From: a virus
Taxonomy: Duplodnaviria > Caudoviricetes
DNA: 61,383 nt
IMG/VR virus record: IMGVR_UViG_3300036833_000473
Location: 1-61,383 of that record
Reading direction: 5' to 3' (one strand)
Shown here: positions 46,247-53,938 of the stretch, piece after piece
How positions within the stretch are numbered: the first letter of the stretch is position 1
How the letters are laid out: the number at the start of each line of letters is the position of its first letter
Program-made: the position numbers and the translations under genes
Notes under the pieces: generated by a model
What the model was told of the DNA's origin: nothing
The model's database searches: none
What the model saw: the letters and a program-made list of their open reading frames with translations, nothing else

Positions 46247-46510
46247 ATGCAAACAAGAGAAGTAGCGGTGGAAGCGCCCCCTTTGGAGCGATTCTACAGT
46301 GTGCGAGAAATTATGAAGCTATGGGGACTAAGCGCACCCATGGTACGCCGGGCTTTTGAGATCAGCCCCGGGCAGCCCCGTCCCGGTGTGATGCGCCTGA
46401 GCGAGCGTTCTTACATGCGGATCCCGGCCTCCGTGGTTCTCGAGGTGATGGTGGAGCGCGGTTGCCGGCCGGAGCAGGCGGCCCGCATGTTGCGGCAGTT
46501 GGAGCACTAG
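46247..46510 (+). CDS. Excisionase-like HTH protein
   Basis: ERFYSVREI..LWGLS...MRIPASV. Confidence 0.65.
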   Translation: MQTREVAVEAPPLERFYSVREIMKLWGLSAPMVRRAFEISPGQPRPGVMRLSERSYMRIPASVVLEVMVERGCRPEQAARMLRQLEH

Positions 46511-46813
46511 ATGCAAATCAATTCAGTCCACGGTTCTCAAATTTTACGGACACCCGATGAAATCCGGCGCGCGCATGACCTCCTGGTCGGCTCGCTCGCA
46601 GTGCTGCTCAAGGCTATGGAGGATTCCGGCACCTGCGCTACAACTCCCAGCGAGTTTTACGACAATCCCGTCACCTGTCAGATGGAAGCATCGGCGGACG
46701 TCTTGTGCTGGATTTTGGGATGCGATGAGGACCACGAGTTTGTGCGGCGCCTGGAACACCTCGAGCACACGATGCAAGACTATGGCTACCAGCTGGTAGA
46801 GAAGGAGGTGTGA
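46511..46813 (+). CDS. Hypothetical protein
   Basis: DVLCWILG motif; operon position. Confidence 0.6.
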   Translation: MQINSVHGSQILRTPDEIRRAHDLLVGSLAVLLKAMEDSGTCATTPSEFYDNPVTCQMEASADVLCWILGCDEDHEFVRRLEHLEHTMQDYGYQLVEKEV

Positions 46814-46954
46814 ATGATGACGATCCACGACATTTGCCTGATTCTGGCGCTGATTTTCTTTGGTCTGGGGGCAGTCGAGATTCGGCCCCCGCACGGCAAT
46901 CTGACCGCCGCCGGCTTATTCTTTTTGACAATTGCGCTGCTGGTCCGCGCATGA
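46814..46954 (+). CDS. 46-aa two-TM membrane protein (not in ORF track)
   Basis: RBS AAGGAGG; ICLILALIFFGLGAV...AAGLFFLTIALLV. Confidence 0.65.
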   Translation: MMTIHDICLILALIFFGLGAVEIRPPHGNLTAAGLFFLTIALLVRA

Positions 46955-47011
46955 CGTTTCGCGCCTTACTGATTGACTCGGCGAATCCGACGGAGCGGCT
47001 GGTGGGCACTC

Positions 47012-47359
47012 ATGTTCAGCGGAGAAACCTACGAACCCGGCGAAGACCGCGACCGGCTGCTGCGTCAGTTGTGGCGCGTCTTTTACCTGATGAAGGACGC
47101 CCACTGGCGCACGCTGTTTGAGATTCAACAATTAACCGGCGACCCCACGCAGAGCGTTTCCGCGCGGCTGCGCGACTTTCGCAAAGAGCGCTTCGGCTCG
47201 CACGCCGTCAATCGGCGGAGGATCGGGCCGGGGCTATTTGAATACCAGCTGGTTGCCAGCGGCTGCGCGCCGCTGGCAACTGAAAGGAGCACGGGCTCCC
47301 ATGGAACTAACAGCTCCGACCACAATCACGATGGTGAACATACCGGTGGATCAGATTGA
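47012..47359 (+). CDS. wHTH protein
   Basis: WRTLFEI...SVSARLRDFRK..FG.H.V.RR. Confidence 0.7.
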   Translation: MFSGETYEPGEDRDRLLRQLWRVFYLMKDAHWRTLFEIQQLTGDPTQSVSARLRDFRKERFGSHAVNRRRIGPGLFEYQLVASGCAPLATERSTGSHGTNSSDHNHDGEHTGGSD

Positions 47360-48257
47360 CCTGGGCGACCGCCGGCGTACAGACCTAGGCAATATTGCGA
47401 GCCTGGCCGAAGGCATCCGCCGGGTGGGCCTGCTTGAGCCGATCCTGGTCGATCGCAACGGAAGCGAGCGCTACCGCCTGGTCTTTGGCGAACGCCGCCT
47501 GCGAGCGGTCGAGATGCTTCAGCAGGCAACCATCCGCGCCCAGCTGCGCGAGCATCTGAGCGACGAAGCTTTCCGTGCGATCGAACTCGAGGAAAACGAA
47601 AATCGTAAGGCACTTACCGAAGGCGAGCGGGCGCGCACCTTCGAGAGCAGCAGGAAGTTAGTCGAGAATGCCAAGAAGGCGGCAGAGGTTTTGGCACAAA
47701 ATGTTCCAAAACCTCCCAGCGGTGAAAGGGGCGGCCGGCCAGCCAAGCCGACATCGACGCGCGCAGTGGCTGCTGCCCTGGGGGTGAGCCGGACGGATGT
47801 CCATCGTGCCGAGCAGCACGTCGAGACTGTCGAGCGCCTGCCCTGGATGAAGGGCTGGAAGCAGGCGCAGGTGCTGGCCGTACGTGACCGTCTGGAGGAT
47901 CTCAACGAGCACGAGCAGCAGCAGGTCGCGCGCATTCTTGGCTGCGCGCCGGCATGGAAGCCGGCCGCGGCCATCGAGCTGGTGGAAAAGATCGTTGCCA
48001 AGCCGCGCAAAGAGCGGGAGCAGCTATACGCGCTCTCTACGAGTCCCGACCCCGCGGACCGGGCGCGTGCCCTGGCCAAGGCCAAGGAAGTACCCCCGCC
48101 GCCCGACCCGCGGGTGGATAAGATCGCCGCTGCCATCGCCAGCCTGAATGAAGCCGTGGTGCCCTACCCGACGGCAGTTTTCGCGCCGCGGCTGACCATG
48201 ATCATCGCGCAGCTGCGCGACATCCAGGCTGGGATCCAATCGCAGCCGAGGCTGTGA
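47301..48257 (+). CDS. ParB/Srx N-terminal domain protein with HTH
   Basis: GLLEPILV, LVFGERRLRA, ELEENENRK. Confidence 0.85.
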   Translation: MELTAPTTITMVNIPVDQIDLGDRRRTDLGNIASLAEGIRRVGLLEPILVDRNGSERYRLVFGERRLRAVEMLQQATIRAQLREHLSDEAFRAIELEENENRKALTEGERARTFESSRKLVENAKKAAEVLAQNVPKPPSGERGGRPAKPTSTRAVAAALGVSRTDVHRAEQHVETVERLPWMKGWKQAQVLAVRDRLEDLNEHEQQQVARILGCAPAWKPAAAIELVEKIVAKPRKEREQLYALSTSPDPADRARALAKAKEVPPPPDPRVDKIAAAIASLNEAVVPYPTAVFAPRLTMIIAQLRDIQAGIQSQPRL

Positions 48258-48260
48258 AGT

Positions 48261-48674
48261 ATGTGGGGAAGTCCGCAGGAAGCAGATCAATGGATCAAGC
48301 AGTGGCGGGAAGAGCGCGCGCGAGAGGAGGCATGGCGGCAGGAGGAGGGGCGACGCCAATGGGAGCGGCGCCAGGCGGCGGAGCGCGCCGCCAGAGCCCG
48401 CGAACTGCAACGCCAGAAGGAAGAGGAATTTGAGCTCGCCAATGGCCCGATTGCGGACGACTTCACACTCAGCCCCAAAGAGAGTGCGATGTGGGTCGCG
48501 GCTAATGAGGGGCGATGCCAGCAGCAGCTATTGGAGCAGGCCTGCCGCTATATGGACCGGTTGGAGCGCCGGTGCCCATGGGCGAGTTTCTCGCAGATGG
48601 ATTTCATCCCCCACGTGGCATTTCCTCTGGCGGTGCTTTGGGCTAACAGGCGGGCAGCAAGGAGGTTAAGATGA
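48261..48674 (+). CDS. Hypothetical protein
   Basis: Charged helix; operon position. Confidence 0.5.
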   Translation: MWGSPQEADQWIKQWREERAREEAWRQEEGRRQWERRQAAERAARARELQRQKEEEFELANGPIADDFTLSPKESAMWVAANEGRCQQQLLEQACRYMDRLERRCPWASFSQMDFIPHVAFPLAVLWANRRAARRLR

Positions 48675-48925
48675 TGACGCAACCATTTGAGCAGCGCGCT
48701 GACTTTATGGAGCGGCACTACACGGTGGGCGAGCTTGCCAAAGCCTGGCACATGTCGCCCAATACCATACGCCCGCGGTTCCTGAGGAGAGCTGGCGTGA
48801 TCAAATACGGAACGTCGATTCTGCGTAAAAACCGCAAGCGCACGCATCAATCGCTGCGCATTCCGGAATCGGTGGCGCGGCAGGTATATCGGGAATTGAC
48901 GGGGAAGGATTGGGGGGCCTCCTGA
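48671..48925 (+). CDS. Excisionase-like HTH protein
   Basis: ERHYTVGELAKAWHMSPNTIR...LRIPESV; convergent with integrase. Confidence 0.7.
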   Translation: MMTQPFEQRADFMERHYTVGELAKAWHMSPNTIRPRFLRRAGVIKYGTSILRKNRKRTHQSLRIPESVARQVYRELTGKDWGAS

Positions 48926-48952
48926 ATTTGAAGGCCCCTAGGGGAAAAGAGT

Positions 48953-50161
48953 TCAGCTGGCGAGTGGCAGGTGGTAGTCCAGGATCCGCGTGGACTGGCT
49001 CATGCGCTCACGATAACCGGGAACGAGGTTCAGATAGTGGTTCGCCGTAATCTTGACGTCGCTATGGCCGAGCATCTTGGAGACGACGAAGAGGTTCTCG
49101 CCGCCGCTTGCCACCAGCATATTGATCGCGAAAGTATCGCGGAAGCGGTGGCAGGCGCCAGGCAGGCCGGCAAGAGCGAGAGCCTTCACCACGAGCGCGG
49201 TCGTTTCGCGGATGGCTGTCAGATATCGGCCCGCTCCCAGTTCTTCGGAAAAATTGCCGCCCGCGTTGAGGACGGCCAGCGCCTTGCGGTAGTCGCCCTC
49301 GGGTTGGAAGAAGAAGGCACCAGATCCCGGCAGCTGCCTCAGGGCTTCGACCGCAGCGAGGTTCAACTCGATGGGCAGGCCGATACGCTTGCGGGTTTTG
49401 ATCACCACGAAATCCAGGATGCGGTCCGCGCTGATCGAGGCGCGCTGCGCGAAGGTCGCATCCGAGATGCGCATGCCGCTATACACCATCAGCAGGATGA
49501 GGGCGCGGGTGCGATCCCGGTCGGCTTCCGGCATAAGCCCGATTGCCTGGATGACTTTCGCCAGGTCGGCGTGGCTGAAGGCCTCCCGTGCGTGCCCGGA
49601 GGGCTTGGAGAACGTCAGGGCCTTTTTGGCGGCTGGCGACTTCACGATCCAGTCCATTTCCTTGGCGTAGTTGAAGAACACGCGCAGATGCGTCAGGCGG
49701 CCGATCTTGGTGCGCTGCTCCCATTCGCGCCCGTACTCGCTGAAGTATTGCTCGAAGAGGTACGGCTCGACGGCGCGCAGTTCGACCACCCCGTGGGCTT
49801 CGGCGAAGCGGCGAAAGTGGCCGACGGCGGTGGTATAGAGTTTGACCGTATTGGGTGCCTTTCCGCTTTTGGCCTTAAGGAATTTGGCTTCGGCTTCGGC
49901 GATGCTCATCACGCCAGTGGTGATAGCTTGCGCCACGCCGCCTCCATCGGGGGAGTGCGGGTTCAGCATCTCGCGGATCTTGAGTTCTGCCATGCCGAGC
50001 GAGCGAGTGCTCAGGCTCTCGCGAATATACTTGCCGGCAATTCGGCCTTGTACCCAGAGTGGGCAATCGCAGGCAAGGTCCTTCGCCGTGCAGGCCGGAG
50101 CGTGGCGCCGGTAAGGGGTCAGGTGGTCGCGCTTTTTGCGTGGGGTTTGGGTGTTGGACAT
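48953..50161 (-). CDS. int: Tyrosine integrase
   Basis: SGMRISD, K, HRFRDT, LGH, HY catalytic motifs. Confidence 0.93.
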   Translation of the reverse strand: MSNTQTPRKKRDHLTPYRRHAPACTAKDLACDCPLWVQGRIAGKYIRESLSTRSLGMAELKIREMLNPHSPDGGGVAQAITTGVMSIAEAEAKFLKAKSGKAPNTVKLYTTAVGHFRRFAEAHGVVELRAVEPYLFEQYFSEYGREWEQRTKIGRLTHLRVFFNYAKEMDWIVKSPAAKKALTFSKPSGHAREAFSHADLAKVIQAIGLMPEADRDRTRALILLMVYSGMRISDATFAQRASISADRILDFVVIKTRKRIGLPIELNLAAVEALRQLPGSGAFFFQPEGDYRKALAVLNAGGNFSEELGAGRYLTAIRETTALVVKALALAGLPGACHRFRDTFAINMLVASGGENLFVVSKMLGHSDVKITANHYLNLVPGYRERMSQSTRILDYHLPLAS

Positions 50162-50373
50162 GAGGTCAGTATAGCCCATTCCCACACATGAAATTCGTAC
50201 GGTATTTTTGAGGTTATTGAAAACAGGAAGGTTAGCGTGTACGAAAATACTAGAAGGTCTTCTTCAAATTGCATTTACAATCTACGATATATCTTTAGTA
50301 TCAATATCTTAGCAGTCACCATAATCACCATTTATCCCATCCATTGTACAACCTTGTACGCCCGGAGGTCCCC
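50162..50373. other. Candidate attP region
   Basis: AT-rich non-coding stretch beside int with four GTAC-core boxes. Confidence 0.45.
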
Positions 50374-50535
50374 ATGGCCCAAATAACCTACGACCCCGAG
50401 TGCGAAAAGTTGGCGGCTTACTTCCTCTCGGGTGAGCCGGCGCACGGCCGCAAGGAACGAATCCAGGACTTGGCCGGTGTGATTCAGCGGGCCATCGAAG
50501 CCTGGATCGAGGAGAAGAGCTTATGGCACCGCTAA
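50374..50535 (+). CDS. Small hypothetical protein
   Basis: RBS GGAGG; YDPEC..LA.YFL...LA..IQ.AIE.W. Confidence 0.65.
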   Translation: MAQITYDPECEKLAAYFLSGEPAHGRKERIQDLAGVIQRAIEAWIEEKSLWHR

Positions 50536-50571
50536 GTCCCAGCTACTGGGCCGCTAAGCAGGCATCACCAA
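50536..50571 (-). repeat. Solitary CRISPR-repeat copy F
   Basis: gt-cccagc-tactgggcc-gctaag-caggca; stem closes with G.U only on the minus strand. Confidence 0.78.
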
Positions 50572-50890
50572 CAGAAAAGGGCGGCCCGCGTCCGGGTCGC
50601 CCGTTTCTGGATCATCACGCGCTGTTTGGTGGCAACCAGCAAGATGATGCTATACCGGACGACGACGACGATCAAGAGGAATTCTGCACCTGCTGGCGTT
50701 ATGGTGATTTCGAGGACGTCTCTGGCTGCCCGGTGCACGACCCGCGGGTGAAGAGGGAGGAGTGATGGACAAGATGCAAATGTACGCCCTGGCCCATCCG
50801 TTAGCCAGGGCTGGTGGGTTGAGTGCTGAACCCTTCCGTATTCTGCGCCTGCCGTGGTCGATCATTCTCACCGTCAACAAGTGACTGACG

Positions 50891-51190
50891 GTGAATTTCG
50901 GGCGGCCAGTTTGGCACGCCTCGATTGCCAGGGTTTCCAGGGCCGGGCTGATTGCGACCCTGCGCTGGGGCGCGGGCGTGACACGCGAGGCCAGGCGGCA
51001 GCTGATCCACACTCTCGATGGCGTGGGGCAGGAACCGACCGTGCTGTCGATGCGGGGCCTCGCGCTGCACATGCGGCGGTCGCTTGCCCCGGCGGAAGTG
51101 GAGACGCTTGATCCGGCGTGGCTCGCCATCCCGGCGCGCGATGAATTCAGCGAGGATGGCGAGGGCAGTGAGATTGCGATGGAGTTGTGA
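50891..51190 (+). CDS. Hypothetical protein
   Basis: PVWHASI...HMRRSL. Confidence 0.5.
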   Translation: MNFGRPVWHASIARVSRAGLIATLRWGAGVTREARRQLIHTLDGVGQEPTVLSMRGLALHMRRSLAPAEVETLDPAWLAIPARDEFSEDGEGSEIAMEL

Positions 51191-51196
51191 ATGCGA

Positions 51197-51250
51197 TTGA
51201 GGCTTTTGAGGCTTTTGAGGCTTTTGAGGCTTTTGAGGCTTTTGAGGCTT
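51197..51250 (+). repeat. Perfect 9-bp tandem repeat (TTGAGGCTT)x6
   Basis: Directly visible. Confidence 0.95.
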
Positions 51251-51262
51251 TTCGACGCGTGA

Positions 51263-51530
51263 TTAACGCTTTTCCTTCCGCCAGTCACAGACGAACAGGG
51301 GCGTCAGCTCGCCCACGTAGGAGCCCACCACGTTGAAGTCCATGAACTCCTCGGCCTCCTGCTCCCCCATATGGTCGCGCCGCATCAGGATGCGCACGCA
51401 CTTACGGTAGTCGTAGGCCGCCACCGGCTCGCGGCAGGCACCGACGACGACGCCACCCCTCGAAGCCGTCGGCCAACAGAACGTCTTCGTAGTTTTCCTG
51501 CAGCTTTTCCAGGATTTCGGCTGGGGTCAC
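51263..51530 (-). pseudogene. Frameshifted phage hypothetical gene
   Basis: LLADGFE and AYDYRKCVRILM..EAEEFMDFNVVGSYVGELTP lie in different frames; break near 51455. Confidence 0.6.
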
Positions 51531-51766
51531 CTGGGGGTGCCGCTAGAGAGCGCTCCGCTCGCGCACAACATGGCCGTTTGCAGCTCATTGAGCGCGCAGT
51601 CGCGCTGGTGGCAGTCGGGGCAGAGCTCGACGATCAGGTGTGCCAGTTCCCGCGCCGCGCCGCGCAGGCGGGCATAGCTCTCGAGTTCCGGCGCGGTGAG
51701 CGCGCGGTCAGAGTATTGGCTGTCGATCTTCTCGAGCAGCAACTTGTCGGTGGCGCTGAAGGGCAT
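51527..51766 (-). CDS. Acb2/Tad1-like hairpin protein (possible cyclic-nucleotide sponge)
   Basis: Y..R.LT..E...ARELA..I...CP..RDCALNELQTAM. Confidence 0.55.
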   Translation of the reverse strand: MPFSATDKLLLEKIDSQYSDRALTAPELESYARLRGAARELAHLIVELCPDCHQRDCALNELQTAMLCASGALSSGTPR

Positions 51767-52386
51767 CAGTAGCGGACCTGGTAACTCCGCAGGTACATCA
51801 GGAACAGGGTAGCCGTGCCGAGCGTGGTGCCAACGCCAGCCGTGTACGTCAGGAAGAGCGGGGCGCCGGGCACGATCTTGTTCGTCTCTATGGCGTTGTT
51901 GGCCACGGTCAGATCGTACGACACGATGTCCACCGCCCCGGAAGAAGTGCCGAAACCGGCCACCGGCGTAGTGCCGTTGAAGGCGGTGACGTTCAGGCAG
52001 CCCATGGTAACCACCAGGTCGTTGGCTCCTTCGGGCAGATTGACCGGCACGCTGAAGCTCGCTTGCGGCGCGCTGAAGGTCCAGCGCTTGGCGAGCGAGG
52101 CTACGCCGTCAAAGCCTCCTTGCGGGTTGCCGCTGACCAATGGCGCGAAGGTGGTGGTCGAGATGGGCGCGTTAGTGGGCGGCGGTGCGAAAACCGCCGT
52201 CTGCGCGGGCAACGCGGCCAGCTCCCCGGGCTGTCCGGCCGGTTCGGCTGGTTCCTCGGGAAGCGGAGCCGGTTCTTCGGACTGTTGTTCTTCGGAATGC
52301 TGCGCCGGTTTCTCGGGCTGCTCGGCCGGCTCCTCGAGGACCGCGACCGCTCCGCCTTCATGCGTCTTATGTTTTCTCGTGGCCAT
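51766..52386 (-). CDS. Putative capsid decoration-like protein with acidic N-terminal linker
   Basis: TTFAPLV, VTAFNG, GTSSGAVDI, GTATLFLMY. Confidence 0.6.
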   Translation of the reverse strand: MATRKHKTHEGGAVAVLEEPAEQPEKPAQHSEEQQSEEPAPLPEEPAEPAGQPGELAALPAQTAVFAPPPTNAPISTTTFAPLVSGNPQGGFDGVASLAKRWTFSAPQASFSVPVNLPEGANDLVVTMGCLNVTAFNGTTPVAGFGTSSGAVDIVSYDLTVANNAIETNKIVPGAPLFLTYTAGVGTTLGTATLFLMYLRSYQVRY

Positions 52387-52404
52387 GCTAGAGTGTAATC
52401 CAGA

Positions 52405-52896
52405 ATGGCTGAAGTGTTCCAGGTCGGTCGCGCCTATCTGCCCTACCTGTGGGGCGACTGGCAGCGCATCCTGAAACGTGAGCCCCTGGGAGGGGATCTG
52501 ATCGGCCTGCATCGCCGGCTGATGCTCGGTGAAGAGACCGCCTGGATCGTGCTGGCCCCTGACGACCCTCACACGGTAGCTCTGATTCTCACCCGTCACA
52601 CGCCGGCGCGCCTCCTGATTCATCTGGTTGGCAGCCGCCGGCGCATCGAGAGTTGGATCGACAACGCGGTTGAGCGACTGAGCGCCTATGCGCGGCTGCT
52701 CGGCTGCCAGGAGCTGCGTATCCTCGCGCGCAAGGGCTGGAAAGAATACGCCGCGCGCTTTACGCGGGAGCCGGGCCTGAAGGTCCTCTTCAGCCGCGAC
52801 CGGCCGACGCGGCTGGGCCATGGATGGCAAAACACGGTAGGCCGCTACCGGGGGGTGGAGACATGTTCCCGTCCGCTGCGAACGATAGCGATCTGA
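52405..52896 (+). CDS. GNAT-like virion-module protein
   Basis: LLIHLVG...YARLLGC..L...RKGW. Confidence 0.6.
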   Translation: MAEVFQVGRAYLPYLWGDWQRILKREPLGGDLIGLHRRLMLGEETAWIVLAPDDPHTVALILTRHTPARLLIHLVGSRRRIESWIDNAVERLSAYARLLGCQELRILARKGWKEYAARFTREPGLKVLFSRDRPTRLGHGWQNTVGRYRGVETCSRPLRTIAI

Positions 52897-53849
52897 TTCA
52901 ACTGCTGCGCACGGCGCTACAGGATCCGACCAAAGCCGCGGCTCTGCGCCAGGCGCTCGCCACCCAGGGCGGCCCGCCGACCTTGCAGAACACGCTACAG
53001 GCAGCGGGCCTCGCGGCGCAGAAGAGCAACAGCCCCATCGGATCGCTGGCCGGCGCGCTGGCCGGCGCAGGCGCCAATTACTTCAAGCGCAGCCGGAAAA
53101 AGCCGGGGACCGTGCAATCGACGGGTGACGCGGACCGCGGCGGCAACTATAGCAGTACCGACACCGGCGGCGGCGGTCCTATGGGCAGCGGAGGCGGCGG
53201 AGGAATTACCGGCGGCGCTACCGCGGCGGACGTCAAGGCCATTCCCAACACCGGTACGCCGATTCCCGGCAATCTGCAAATGGGTCAGGACAGGTACGGC
53301 AACGACATCCACTCTAACGACGGCGGCGCCACCTGGGTCAGCCTCTCGGGCGCGCCGGTTGCTGGGCCGGCCTATAACCCAACCAACATCGGCACGGTGG
53401 GCGGCGGTGGCGCCCCAACGGGCGGGTTTGCTTCGGGGGACTTCGGCGGCGAGTTCAGTGGCAATGCAGGCAGCAATATGAGCGGAGCTGGCCAGCTGGA
53501 AGACCTCGGATCCGCCGGAGACTTCGGCGGCGAGTTCGCTAAGGGCGGCATGGTGAAACCGAAAGTCCCTAAGAAGGCTATTCTGCTGCGCCGCCCCGGC
53601 GGCAAGATGGCCATCCCGGTGATCTCGACCACGATCGTCATCGCCAGGCACAAACCGGAAAAGAAGGGCGAGAAGAAAGCCCATGGCGGAGTGAAGCTCG
53701 AGCCGCGCAAGCCCGAGGCCATTCCACCGAAGCACGGCCCGGGCAACGGCGATGTCGAAGGCGCGCCCTTCCGCAAAGGCGGCCGGGTGCAGGTGCCGCG
53801 GGGCAGCGGGATTGCGCAGCGCGGCAAGCGTTTCAGCGGAATCTTTTGA
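52863..53849 (+). CDS. G-rich internal virion protein
   Basis: RBS GGAG; FAKGG, FRKGG; C-terminal RG.G.A.RG..FSGIF. Confidence 0.65.
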   Translation: MFPSAANDSDLIQLLRTALQDPTKAAALRQALATQGGPPTLQNTLQAAGLAAQKSNSPIGSLAGALAGAGANYFKRSRKKPGTVQSTGDADRGGNYSSTDTGGGGPMGSGGGGGITGGATAADVKAIPNTGTPIPGNLQMGQDRYGNDIHSNDGGATWVSLSGAPVAGPAYNPTNIGTVGGGGAPTGGFASGDFGGEFSGNAGSNMSGAGQLEDLGSAGDFGGEFAKGGMVKPKVPKKAILLRRPGGKMAIPVISTTIVIARHKPEKKGEKKAHGGVKLEPRKPEAIPPKHGPGNGDVEGAPFRKGGRVQVPRGSGIAQRGKRFSGIF

Positions 53850-53938
53850 AGAGTAGAATAAGCGCAGGCTAAGACTCCGCTAGAGAGTCAGGACCAAAGA
53901 AAAAGCCAATCAACGGTTCACCGAAGTTGTGGTGAACA

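Noticed and set aside
53555-53565. 11-bp match to the sequence after copy A
   Set aside because: Flank is GGT and the match does not extend
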